Part shown: piece after piece, positions 27,708 through 36,607 of the stretch
How the letters are laid out: every line of letters starts with the position of its first letter
Position numbering within the stretch: position 1 is the first letter of the stretch
Origin: Candidatus Omnitrophota bacterium
GTDB lineage: Bacteria; Omnitrophota; Gorgyraeia; 1-14-0-20-64-10
Length of the DNA stretch: 64,000 nucleotides
Direction: 5' to 3'
Assembly (NCBI GenBank): GCA_023248155.1
Contig: JAHFFE010000003.1
Location: 212,159-276,158, forward strand
Translations under genes and position numbers: made by a program
The notes under the pieces: generated by a model
Told to the model about the DNA's origin: nothing
Databases searched by the model: none
The model's input: only the letters and a program-made list of their open reading frames with translations

Positions 27708-28107
27708 AACTTTTAAACCGAAGCGCCGCAAACGACCGGGCGGCGCGCGGAAATGAAATGCGGCTGAACTCTTCCATGACACGAAGCGCTTCTTCGGTGC
27801 GGCGAATATTGGCACACGCCAGGTCGCGGTAACGGCGATGGCTGCCCGAATGCGGCCGCAGCGACGGACGGCCTGGATCGGAGCGGACGTTGCGCGCCGC
27901 AAAAAGATCGGCCACATGCAGCTGACTGATCACCGTGCGATCCAGCGTATAACGGGCCCGCTGCAATTGCCGCGTTAACGCGGCATCTTCCAGAACAAAC
28001 CGGGCCACCTCTTCGCAAACGCGCAGCCCTTCGCGCGCGCGATTCCAGTTGGCGTCCAAAACGCGCAATACCAGCCGATTCTCCGGCGGTGATTTCTTTT
28101 TTTCCAT
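27655..28107 (-). CDS. Hypothetical protein immediately upstream of thiE, overlapping it by about 52 nt
   Basis: 150-aa ORF MEKKKSPPENRLVLRVLDANWNRAREGLRVCEEVARFVLED with no recognised motif. Its start ATG overlaps the stop of the hldE-C gene. Confidence 0.4.
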   Translation of the reverse strand: MEKKKSPPENRLVLRVLDANWNRAREGLRVCEEVARFVLEDAALTRQLQRARYTLDRTVISQLHVADLFAARNVRSDPGRPSLRPHSGSHRRYRDLACANIRRTEEALRVMEEFSRISFPRAARSFAALRFKSYDLEQTLFRRLSSLSGS

Positions 28108-28604
28108 CAGAGCGCTTTTAATCGGGCCAATAAACCGGTGGTGGAGTGGTTCTTTAAATACGGCATCAGGATCACTTGTCCGCCGTACGATTCGACCTCT
28201 TTTTGCCCCACCACGACTTTCCCTTTCCAGTCGGCCCCTTTGGCCAGCAAATTGGGCCGAATCGCGCGGATCACGCGCAGCGGCGTCGGTTCGGAAAAAA
28301 GGACCACATAATCCACCGGTTTGAGCGCGGCCAGCAAACGCAGCCGTTCGCGCTGGGGAACCACCGGACGGGACGGTCCCTTGATTTTGCGGACCGACGC
28401 ATCGCTGTTGACGGCGACGATCAGGATGTCGGATTTTTGTTTGATTCGCTCAAGGTAATCGAGGTGGCCGATATGCAGGATGTCGAAACAGCCGTTCGTG
28501 AAAGCGATTCTCTTTCTCTGCTGACGGAGTTTTTGGACAACCTGGACCAGGCGATTCAGAGGAATAACCATTCCGCCCGTCTTCCGAATTTTACGAGTTG
28601 GCAA
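28107..28604 (-). CDS. rfaE2: D-glycero-beta-D-manno-heptose 1-phosphate adenylyltransferase (HldE C-terminal / RfaE domain II)
   Basis: FTNGCFDILHIGHLDYL is the cytidylyltransferase HxGH motif. 165 aa. Confidence 0.8.
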   Translation of the reverse strand: MPTRKIRKTGGMVIPLNRLVQVVQKLRQQRKRIAFTNGCFDILHIGHLDYLERIKQKSDILIVAVNSDASVRKIKGPSRPVVPQRERLRLLAALKPVDYVVLFSEPTPLRVIRAIRPNLLAKGADWKGKVVVGQKEVESYGGQVILMPYLKNHSTTGLLARLKAL

Positions 28605-29178
28605 AGCGGGCTTCGATGAGTTCGCAGAGGATATGTTCGATCGTCAGGTGCGATTCCTGAATCCGCTGCGTGTTTTCCGACGGGACCACGATCGAAAGAT
28701 CGACGGCCTTGTGCAACGCTCCGCCGCCGCGTCCGCTCAAGGCGATCGACCGGATCCCCATCGTGCGGGCCGTTTTCACTGCTTCCAGAACATTCGGGGA
28801 GTTGCCGCTGGTCGAAATGGCGATTAACACATCGCCGGCCTGGCCTAACGCTTCGAGTTGGCGTGAAAAAACAACATCGTAGCCGAAATCATTCGCCAGC
28901 GCAGTCAGATTGGAGGTATCGGTGGTCAGTGAAATGGCAGGAAGCGCGCGCCGCTTAACGAATAATTTTCCGACTAATTCGGCCGCCACATGCTGACAAT
29001 CAGCCGCCGAACCGCCGTTGCCGCATAACAGCACTTTTTTACCGGCTTCCAGCGATGTAATGATCAGATCGGCCGCCTGCGCGATCACCGGAACCAGCGT
29101 CTGCAAAACTTTCTGCTTGGTCTGGATGCTCTCCTGAAGCCGGACTTCGACTTCGCGGGCCGGAGTCGGACTACCCAA
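28591..29178 (-). CDS. gmhA: Phosphoheptose isomerase (SIS domain)
   Basis: LLCGNGGSAADCQHVAAEL and ISTSGNSPNV. Confidence 0.85.
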   Translation of the reverse strand: MGSPTPAREVEVRLQESIQTKQKVLQTLVPVIAQAADLIITSLEAGKKVLLCGNGGSAADCQHVAAELVGKLFVKRRALPAISLTTDTSNLTALANDFGYDVVFSRQLEALGQAGDVLIAISTSGNSPNVLEAVKTARTMGIRSIALSGRGGGALHKAVDLSIVVPSENTQRIQESHLTIEHILCELIEARFANS

Positions 29179-30208
29179 AGAAAACCTTCGCGACTTCGTA
29201 GAATTCTTCGTTGACCAGCTTCAACTGCTTGGTCGCCAGCTCAATCGGAACCGCCACAATGTCGGTCCCCTTCAGGCTGACCATTTTGCCCCACTGCCCG
29301 GCCATTACCAGCTCTACGGCTTTGACGCCGAACCGGGTGCCCAGCACGCGGTCAAACGCCGTCGGAGAACCGCCGCGCTGAATATGTCCGAAGACCGAGA
29401 CGCGGGTCTCATAACCGGTCCTTTCCTCAATGGCTTTGGCCAGACGGTCTCCAATGCCGCCCAGGCGGACATGGCCGAACTCGTCGAGTTTCTGGTCGAG
29501 ATTGACCGTGTCGCCTTTGGCAAACTCGGCGCCCTCGGCCACGACGATGATCGAAAAAGTTTTTGCGCGCGAATGCCGCTTTTTAATGGCCGCGCAAACT
29601 TCGTCGATGAGGATCGGCTTCTCGGGAATCAGGATGTAATCGGCGCCGCCGGCCATTCCGGCGTATAGAGCGATCCATCCGGCGTGGCGGCCCATCACCT
29701 CGGCCACCAGAATCCGGTGATGGCTCTCGGCCGTTGAATGGAGCCGGTCGATCGCTTCCATCGCGATGTTGGTCGCGGTGTCAAATCCAAATGTGTAGTC
29801 GGTCTCGCACAGGTCGTTGTCGATTGTTTTGGGAACGCCGACTACCGGCAGCCCCTCTTTCGCCAGCTTGGTCGCCACGCCCAGCGTATCTTCGCCGCCG
29901 ATTGCCACCAAGGCGTCGAGTTTCAATGCGGCGATGTTCGCCTTCACGGCGGCAACCTGCTTCGGATCTTTGTAGGGGTTCGTCCGTGAAGTGCCCAGGA
30001 TCGTTCCGCCGCGGTGTACAATTCCGGAAACGGAGCCCAGATCGAGCGGAATCGTATCCGCATTTACGAGGCCTTTCCAGCCGTTGCGAATGCCGACCAC
30101 TTCAATGCCGGATGCCATCGCCTTGCGGACCACCGCGCGGATCACCGGGTTCAAACCGGGACAATCCCCGCCGCCGGTCAATACGCCTATCTTTTTCACA
30201 TTGGCCAT
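29171..30208 (-). CDS. pfp: 6-phosphofructokinase, probably PPi-dependent
   Basis: PFK fold (GVLTGGGDCPGLNPVIR). GGEDT replaces the ATP-PFK GGDGS (G104 becomes D), and PKTIDND replaces GTIDND (G124 becomes K). Both are signatures of PPi-dependent PFKs. Confidence 0.7.
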   Translation of the reverse strand: MANVKKIGVLTGGGDCPGLNPVIRAVVRKAMASGIEVVGIRNGWKGLVNADTIPLDLGSVSGIVHRGGTILGTSRTNPYKDPKQVAAVKANIAALKLDALVAIGGEDTLGVATKLAKEGLPVVGVPKTIDNDLCETDYTFGFDTATNIAMEAIDRLHSTAESHHRILVAEVMGRHAGWIALYAGMAGGADYILIPEKPILIDEVCAAIKKRHSRAKTFSIIVVAEGAEFAKGDTVNLDQKLDEFGHVRLGGIGDRLAKAIEERTGYETRVSVFGHIQRGGSPTAFDRVLGTRFGVKAVELVMAGQWGKMVSLKGTDIVAVPIELATKQLKLVNEEFYEVAKVFFG

Positions 30209-30211
30209 CGA

Positions 30212-30811
30212 TCAATAACCTCTAAAGGGCGTGGAAAACGGAACCGGCCGGCGATCGGCGCCGCTTGACCTGCTCTCCCGTTGAACAATTTTCGCCACAT
30301 GCACGCGCACGTGGATCGGCTCTTCAATACCGGCCAATACTTCCTGTACTTTTGATTTGACCAGCGTCTGAATTTTTTCGGCGGCCATCGGAATATTCGC
30401 CTCAGACCATAATGTCGCGCGGGCGCGAATGATGATCTTGCCGTTGCGCGCCACCACATCGGAGCGGAGTTCTTTTAGTTCGGCAATCTGCTGGACCGCG
30501 GCTTTGCGGATAAAATCGTCAATCGCAGACAATGAAACGGTTACCTGTCCGTCGGAATTCTCAAAGGCAATTGTTTTCTGTTTTCGGAACCTGGAAAATG
30601 TCAGCTCCGCGTAGGTCCAGTTCAGCAAAATCACGCCGGCGCCAACTAAGAAACAAGCCACGCGGAAATTTTTCTCGGCATAGGCCGCTTCCAGCCACAA
30701 CACGGTGCGATCGATTGAAATCCAATGCAGCGAAAACGCGATCAGTCCCATGCCCAGCAGCACAAACGCCACGCTGTAACAACCCAGGATAATCCAGGTA
30801 AATAATTTCAT
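30212..30811 (-). CDS. Membrane protein upstream of Asp23, possibly an Asp23-anchoring AmaP-like protein
   Basis: Two N-terminal TM helices followed by a soluble domain. It is operonic with the Asp23/Gls24 gene. Confidence 0.4.
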   Translation of the reverse strand: MKLFTWIILGCYSVAFVLLGMGLIAFSLHWISIDRTVLWLEAAYAEKNFRVACFLVGAGVILLNWTYAELTFSRFRKQKTIAFENSDGQVTVSLSAIDDFIRKAAVQQIAELKELRSDVVARNGKIIIRARATLWSEANIPMAAEKIQTLVKSKVQEVLAGIEEPIHVRVHVAKIVQRESRSSGADRRPVPFSTPFRGY

Positions 30812-30817
30812 CGTCGG

Positions 30818-31156
30818 TTAACTCCGCTTCGGCTTGATCTCTTGAATGGAGACGTTCACTTCCACCACGACCAGCTGCGTCATCTGTTCCACCATTTCAC
30901 GAACCCGGTCCTGCACCTGAAGCGCAAGCTGGGAAAGATTGGTCCCATACTCGGCAACCAGCGCCAACTGGACGCGCACTTCCTGTTCGGCGATCTCCAC
31001 CTCGACTCCGGAAACGTTGTCGGGCATGAACCGGCGGTACCAGGGTGATTTCCAGATACCAATCACGCCGTCCACTTCCTTGGCCGCGCTGGCGGCGATC
31101 TGGGCCACCACGTTGTTCTCCACCAGTACCACGCCTAAATCGGTGCGCGTCGTCAT
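30818..31156 (-). CDS. Asp23/Gls24-family (alkaline shock protein) protein
   Basis: [15 protein letters not shown] at the N-terminus. 112 aa. Confidence 0.7.
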   Translation of the reverse strand: MTTRTDLGVVLVENNVVAQIAASAAKEVDGVIGIWKSPWYRRFMPDNVSGVEVEIAEQEVRVQLALVAEYGTNLSQLALQVQDRVREMVEQMTQLVVVEVNVSIQEIKPKRS

Positions 31157-32532
31157 GCGGCCGGAACTCCCGCATGCTCGGACGGCTTCTGGGACGCGAA
31201 GAACTTCTCAACGAAATCCGTAGCGAATTTCCCGGAAACAAATGCCGGATCGTTCAATACTTTTTTATGGAAACCGATCGTCGTTTTCAACGGATCAACG
31301 GCCATTTCATCGAGCGCGCGCAGCATTGTCTGAATCGCCTCGGGGCGGTCCTTGCCGTAAACAATCAACTTGGCCAGCAGCGAATCGTAATGCGGCGGAA
31401 CTTTATAGCCGGTAAACAGATGGCTGTCCACGCGCACATTCGGACCTCCGGGCGCGTGATACAGCTGTACCTGCCCGGGACACGGCATGAAATTCATATC
31501 CGGGTCTTCGGCGTTGATGCGGCACTCGATCGCGTGCCCTTTAAAGTGGATATCGTCCTGCGTAAACGGCAGCCGCAGTCCGGCCGCCACCTTGATCTGT
31601 TCCTTGATCAGGTCGACTCCGGTTACCAGTTCCGTCACCGGATGTTCGACCTGGATGCGGGTGTTCATTTCCATGAAATAAAAGTTGCCGTGGACATCGG
31701 TCAAGAATTCCATCGTGCCGACCGAATTGTAATTAACGGCCTTGGCGCCTTTCACAGCGGCCTCGCCCATCCGCTTGCGCAGTTTCGGATCAACGGCCGG
31801 CGAAGGCGACTCTTCTATTAATTTCTGATGGCGGCGCTGAACCGAACAGTCGCGCTCGCCCAAACTGACCACATGCCCGAAATTATCGCCGATCACCTGA
31901 ATTTCGGTGTGGCGCGGCTGATCAATGTATTTTTCAATATAAACATCGGGAACGCCGAATGACGCTTCGGCCTCGGACTGCGCCGTCATGAACGCGCTGA
32001 CCATCCGCACATCGTTGTGCGCGACGCGCATTCCTTTTCCGCCGCCGCCGGCCGACGCCTTGATGATAACCGGATAACCGATCTGATTGGCGATCTTCAT
32101 CGCCTCTTCCTTGGTCTTGACGGCTCCCGGCGATCCCGGGATCAGCGGAACACCGGCCTTGCCCATCACCTTTTTGGCTTCAATCTTGTCGCCCATCGCG
32201 CGGATCGCTTCCGGATGCGGCCCGATGAATTTGATCTTGCACGATTCGCAGATCTCGGCGAAATGCGCGTTCTCGGCCAGAAATCCATAGCCGGGATGGA
32301 TCGCTTCAACGTCGGCAATCTCGGCCGCGCTGATTAAGGACGGAATATTGCGGTAGCTCGATGCCGAAGCGGCCGCGCCGATACAGACCGATTCATCGGC
32401 CATCTTCACATGCAGCGAGTCGGCATCGGCTTCGGAATAAACGGCGACCGTGCGGATCCCCATCTCTTTGCAGGCGCGGATCACGCGGACGGCAATTTCG
32501 CCGCGATTGGCGATTAAAATTTTGGAGAACAT
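31153..32532 (-). CDS. accC: Acetyl-CoA carboxylase biotin carboxylase subunit
   Basis: [26 protein letters not shown] with an ATP-grasp fold. Confidence 0.9.
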   Translation of the reverse strand: MFSKILIANRGEIAVRVIRACKEMGIRTVAVYSEADADSLHVKMADESVCIGAAASASSYRNIPSLISAAEIADVEAIHPGYGFLAENAHFAEICESCKIKFIGPHPEAIRAMGDKIEAKKVMGKAGVPLIPGSPGAVKTKEEAMKIANQIGYPVIIKASAGGGGKGMRVAHNDVRMVSAFMTAQSEAEASFGVPDVYIEKYIDQPRHTEIQVIGDNFGHVVSLGERDCSVQRRHQKLIEESPSPAVDPKLRKRMGEAAVKGAKAVNYNSVGTMEFLTDVHGNFYFMEMNTRIQVEHPVTELVTGVDLIKEQIKVAAGLRLPFTQDDIHFKGHAIECRINAEDPDMNFMPCPGQVQLYHAPGGPNVRVDSHLFTGYKVPPHYDSLLAKLIVYGKDRPEAIQTMLRALDEMAVDPLKTTIGFHKKVLNDPAFVSGKFATDFVEKFFASQKPSEHAGVPAA

Positions 32533-32534
32533 GC

Positions 32535-32987
32535 TTAGTTCGGCTCCACGAGAAAGAGCTGCTGGCCAAACTCGATCGGCTGCGCGTTGTTCACGAAAAT
32601 CTTGACGATCTTACCCTTCACTTCAGACTTGAACTCATTCATCAATTTCATCGCTTCAATGATGCAGAGCGTCTGTCCGACGGTGACCTGCTGGCCCACT
32701 TCCACAAACGGAGGGGCTTCGGGGGCCGGCGCGCGGTAAAAAGTGCCTACCATCGGAGACTTGATCTCGGTTCCGGAAAGCTTCACCGGGACCGGACCGG
32801 CCGGAGCTGCCGCTGCCGGAGCTGCCATAGGGGCCGCCGGAGCCGCCGCAATCCGTTCAATCACGGTGCCTTCCGAGCCGGCTTTCCTCAAACGGATTTT
32901 CATTCCGTCGCGCTCAAGTTCCATTTCAACGAGCTCATGCTCGTCCATCAAAGCCAAAAATTCTTTCAACTCCTTGACGTTGATCAC
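32535..32987 (-). CDS. accB: Biotin carboxyl carrier protein
   Basis: EAMKLMN is the biotinyl-lysine motif, preceded by an Ala/Pro-rich linker. Confidence 0.9.
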   Translation of the reverse strand: MINVKELKEFLALMDEHELVEMELERDGMKIRLRKAGSEGTVIERIAAAPAAPMAAPAAAAPAGPVPVKLSGTEIKSPMVGTFYRAPAPEAPPFVEVGQQVTVGQTLCIIEAMKLMNEFKSEVKGKIVKIFVNNAQPIEFGQQLFLVEPN

Positions 32988-32997
32988 TTAAATCCTC

Positions 32998-33558
32998 CTA
33001 TGTCCGCCCTGCATACTGCCCGTTCCGCGTATCCACCTTGATCACTTCGCCGGGCTCGACAAACAACGGCACCAGCAGTTTAAATCCGGTTTCCAGAATA
33101 GCCGACTTCATCGCCGACTTGGAGGTATCGCCCCGTATTCCGGGCTCCGACTCCGTGATTTTTAAATCGACCGTCGTCGGCAGTTCAATGCCGATCAATT
33201 TGTTGTCGTACAACTCGGCCTTCACTTCTAGATTTTCTTTCAGGTAGTTGGCCGAATCACCGACTTCGTCGCGCGTAAACATCTGCTGATCGTAATTCTT
33301 CGTGTCCATGAAATGAAATTCGTCGCCGGAGCGGTATAAAAACTGCAGCGGTTTTTTCTCGATGAACGCGTCTTCGAATTTATCGCCGGCGTCGAATGTG
33401 CGGCTGAGGATATTGCCGGTCTTCATCGAGCGCAGCTTCGTGCGGACAAACGCGGCGCCCTTGCCCGGTTTCACATGCTGGTATTCCTCGATCGTGAACA
33501 GCTGTCCGTCAAACAGGATCGCCATTCCGGTCTTGAATTGGTTGGTTGAAATCGTCAC
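32998..33558 (-). CDS. efp: Elongation factor P
   Basis: [18 protein letters not shown]...[13 protein letters not shown]. The GTG start at 33558 has a GAAGGG RBS. Its GTGA overlaps the aroQ stop. Confidence 0.85.
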   Translation of the reverse strand: MTISTNQFKTGMAILFDGQLFTIEEYQHVKPGKGAAFVRTKLRSMKTGNILSRTFDAGDKFEDAFIEKKPLQFLYRSGDEFHFMDTKNYDQQMFTRDEVGDSANYLKENLEVKAELYDNKLIGIELPTTVDLKITESEPGIRGDTSKSAMKSAILETGFKLLVPLFVEPGEVIKVDTRNGQYAGRT

Positions 33559-34007
33559 TTCGTACCCTTCTTCTTTTTCAAAAATCCGCACAGCGCGGAC
33601 AGACCCAGCAAATAACTGTCGGGACCGAACCCGCAGATCTGCCCCACCGCGACCGGCGCCACCATCGAATTGTGCCGGAACGCCTCGCGCGCGTGAATAT
33701 TGCTTAAATGAACTTCGACAGCCGGAAGATCGACCGCTTCGATCGCATCCCGAACCGCCACCGACGTATGCGTATAAGCGGCCGGATTAATCAAAATACC
33801 GTCAAAATGCCCTTCCGCCTTGCCGATGGCATCCACCATCTGGCCTTCATGGTTGAACTGCTCAATCGTCAACTGCGCTTTCAGCTTGCGGGCTTGCGTT
33901 TTCAGCTGCGCGTTGATCTCCTGCAGGGTGGTCCGTCCATACACAGAGGGTTTACGCCGCCCCAGCAACTGCAGATTGGGTCCATGAATCACCAGAATTT
34001 TTATCAT
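33555..34007 (-). CDS. aroQ: 3-dehydroquinate dehydratase type II
   Basis: [18 protein letters not shown]...[12 protein letters not shown]. The internal ATG at 34007 has an AAGGGGA RBS. The long N-terminal extension in the ORF track is rejected. Confidence 0.85.
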   Translation of the reverse strand: MIKILVIHGPNLQLLGRRKPSVYGRTTLQEINAQLKTQARKLKAQLTIEQFNHEGQMVDAIGKAEGHFDGILINPAAYTHTSVAVRDAIEAVDLPAVEVHLSNIHAREAFRHNSMVAPVAVGQICGFGPDSYLLGLSALCGFLKKKKGTK

Positions 34008-34024
34008 TGTATCAAAAAGTCCCC

Positions 34025-34195
34025 TTACTTTCCCGGTTTTTCGGCTTCCTCCACCAACATCACTGGAATACCATCCCGAATGGGATATCGTAACCCACAG
34101 GCCGGGCTGGTGCAAACCAATTTCTCCCCTTCTTCCCGGACCGGCGACTTGCAAGCCGGGCAGGCCAAGATTTCCAAAAATGTTTTTTCAAGCAT
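34025..34195 (-). CDS. Trm112/YcaR-like small zinc-ribbon protein (UPF0434)
   Basis: Not in the ORF track because it is 56 aa. Sequence [56 protein letters not shown], with an AAAGGAG RBS 8 nt upstream. Confidence 0.75.
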   Translation of the reverse strand: MLEKTFLEILACPACKSPVREEGEKLVCTSPACGLRYPIRDGIPVMLVEEAEKPGK

Positions 34196-34200
34196 CCGGT

Positions 34201-35274
34201 CTACTCCTTTATCGAGATCGCCTGAACCACCGGACTCGCCGGTGCTTCAACGGCCGTCAACTGCCCTTCAAATTTCGAGAGATGCTTGTCGGCTTTCTCA
34301 AAACTTTCGCGCGCATAGCCAAGCTGTTTTCCGGCCCGGTCAAAATCTTCGCGAATCGCCGTCATTTCTTTCTGCAGTTTCTGCAGATTTTCCAGGATCT
34401 CCTTGGCCTGCTGTCCGATCCGTTCCTCGCGCAATCCCTGAAGAATCACCAGCAAATACGCGTGAAAACTGTTGGGCGAAACCGGAAACACCTGCCGCCG
34501 GATCGCGTGCTGAAAAAGACTTTTTTCCTCGCTGATCCCTTCCTCTTTCAAAATTGTTTCGTAATAGACATTTTCAGCCGGAATATACATCATGGCAAAA
34601 TTAGAGGTTCCTTCGGTCGGACGGATATATTTCTCGGCGATCGAGTCGATGTGCATCTTGACCTTGCTGACCATTTCCTTGCGCCACTTGGCCCGCTCAT
34701 CGTCGGTGACGGCCTCGCCCATCCGCTGAAATGAATCAAGCGGAAACTTGGAATCGACCGGCACCATCTTACCGCCCAGCCGGATGATCGCATCGACCGT
34801 TTTCCCATCCTGAAACTCATATTGCAGCGCGAACGAATCGGCCGGAAGAATCTGCGTCAGCAGCTCCGCCAGGAAAAATTCGCCCAGCCCGCCGCGCATT
34901 TTCGGAGAACGCAGAAGGTCCTGCAGCGTGGCCACGCTGCGGCCGACCTCTTCCACCTTTCGCGTCGATTCCTGCAGGCGGCCCAGTTCGCGCGTGACAA
35001 CCGAAAAAGTGTCATTGGCCTGTTGCAGTTTCTGGCTGACCGATTGCTCGGTCGTCTGAACCTGGCCCTGCATTTGTTTCCACATCTGCATCATTTCCTG
35101 CGCCAGCGCCGCGGAAACTTCATTTTTCAGCGCGTTGAGTTTGGCATCTTCTTTGCGCTCAAGTTCTTGCTGCATCTCCAGCGGCAGCGGCGCACGGACC
35201 AGTTTCCAAACGGACCAAAGGACCATCGTCATGACGACCAGGATAACGATGCCCAGCAGCGTTACGAAGTCCAC
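34201..35274 (-). CDS. rmuC: DNA recombination protein RmuC
   Basis: N-terminal TM helix, a long coiled coil and a conserved RmuC C-terminal domain. Confidence 0.75.
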   Translation of the reverse strand: MDFVTLLGIVILVVMTMVLWSVWKLVRAPLPLEMQQELERKEDAKLNALKNEVSAALAQEMMQMWKQMQGQVQTTEQSVSQKLQQANDTFSVVTRELGRLQESTRKVEEVGRSVATLQDLLRSPKMRGGLGEFFLAELLTQILPADSFALQYEFQDGKTVDAIIRLGGKMVPVDSKFPLDSFQRMGEAVTDDERAKWRKEMVSKVKMHIDSIAEKYIRPTEGTSNFAMMYIPAENVYYETILKEEGISEEKSLFQHAIRRQVFPVSPNSFHAYLLVILQGLREERIGQQAKEILENLQKLQKEMTAIREDFDRAGKQLGYARESFEKADKHLSKFEGQLTAVEAPASPVVQAISIKE

Positions 35275-35690
35275 GAAGGAATTCCTCCGGCCTTGGCGTT
35301 ATATTTCATCCGCAGCTCGTACAAAACACCGTCGATAAATGCCGCCTCTTCCGTATTCAGATTGCCCTGCGTCTTTTTCTGCAGCATGCCCAGCATATCA
35401 ATCATTGAGCGGGCCTGCTCCAGATCTTCCTGTGCCAGACGCGTCACCGGATTGGGCATTTCACCCAACCCCATCAGCGCCTGCATCGCCAATGAAGAAA
35501 CAAACTGCCCGAACAACGGATCGGCCGGCTCTTCGGCCGGTTTCGACGCCGGTTCGGCGCCGGGCGCCGGTTGCGGCGCGGCCGCGGCGGCCGGATTCGG
35601 CGCACGCACGGTGGTCGGTTTTTCAGGCGGAGGCATGTGCTTTTCTTTCTCTACCTGATCTTTCCAGCTCTCATCAACTTTTTTGCTCAT
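35262..35690 (-). CDS. DUF1844-family protein
   Basis: FGQFVSSLAMQALMGLG is the motif characteristic of DUF1844. Confidence 0.6.
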   Translation of the reverse strand: MSKKVDESWKDQVEKEKHMPPPEKPTTVRAPNPAAAAAPQPAPGAEPASKPAEEPADPLFGQFVSSLAMQALMGLGEMPNPVTRLAQEDLEQARSMIDMLGMLQKKTQGNLNTEEAAFIDGVLYELRMKYNAKAGGIPSWTS

Positions 35691-36607
35691 CGCTTCTGTC
35701 CTTCCTCAAATAAAACGGAAATCATTCCCACCGCCGCATCCGGGCTTCCCACTACCTGTGATGAAATTTCGTTTGCCGCGCGCGCTCCGCAAATCTGGGC
35801 CGCCTGCAACACAGCCGCCACGGCCCCTGCGCCGCACATCTCTATTTTCCTATTGAATACCGCTTCAATCAACCCTTCTGAGTCCATCGCCCGGATCCTG
35901 TCCATTACCAGCGCCACCTGCTGGCGGGCCGCTTCGGTCGGCGTATAACTGGCGATCTGCGTCGTGGCGATCCAATAAATTTTTTCGTCCGGAAAAGCCT
36001 GCGCTAAGGCGGCCAGCGCCTGCGCCAAACGGCCGATCACCGCGCCGTCTAATGTTTGAACCACCACCGGAACAAATTTCTTTACCTTCCCGATCTTCTG
36101 CAAAAACGGAAGAGGAAGTTCGTGCACATATTCATCGAGCAAAAACTCAGGGTCGGCGGTCATTTCCGGATTTTTTTCCAGAATCAGGCGCGCCAGCGGT
36201 TCATCAATTTTCAGAGTGCCGCCCGGCATCTGCCACTGCCCCTGCGTCTGAATAAAACAACCGGCAGGTGCCGTTCGTTCATGCGTAGGACCCAGCACCA
36301 CAACGCGGGCCGGCCACTGCAACGAAGAAAGAACCTCTCCAATCAAGGGTCCGCATCCGTTCCAGGAACCGTGCGGAATCACGAGTCCCACCGCTTTTGT
36401 TTTTCCGGAAACCGATTTTGGAATAAACCGGCGCAGTGAAGCGGCCAGCGTTTCTTTGCGTTCCGGATAAAGAAGTCCGGCGGCAACCGGTTTGCGGATT
36501 GACCCGGTCAGTGAACGGGTTTTGCGCCGGACAGGCGCATCGGCAGCCGCTCGACGGCGGCCCCGATCCGGGAACCGGCGGCTATTCGCCGGACGGCGCG
36601 TTGGCAT
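35687..36607 (-). CDS. AmmeMemoRadiSam system protein B (MEMO1-like)
   Basis: VAAGLLYPE...GLVIPHGSWNGCG matches the Memo family. The Arg-rich 36 aa before that motif may not be translated. The start is uncertain. Confidence 0.65.
   Translation of the reverse strand: MPTRRPANSRRFPDRGRRRAAADAPVRRKTRSLTGSIRKPVAAGLLYPERKETLAASLRRFIPKSVSGKTKAVGLVIPHGSWNGCGPLIGEVLSSLQWPARVVVLGPTHERTAPAGCFIQTQGQWQMPGGTLKIDEPLARLILEKNPEMTADPEFLLDEYVHELPLPFLQKIGKVKKFVPVVVQTLDGAVIGRLAQALAALAQAFPDEKIYWIATTQIASYTPTEAARQQVALVMDRIRAMDSEGLIEAVFNRKIEMCGAGAVAAVLQAAQICGARAANEISSQVVGSPDAAVGMISVLFEEGQKR

Noticed and set aside
27005-27709. 234-aa plus-strand ORF (Arg/Pro-rich)
   Set aside because: It is antisense to thiE and has extreme low complexity.
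33555-34154. Long form of aroQ (199 aa) from the ORF track
   Set aside because: AroQ conservation starts at [12 protein letters not shown], where there is a good RBS. The upstream extension overlaps a separate, well-formed Trm112-like gene in another frame.
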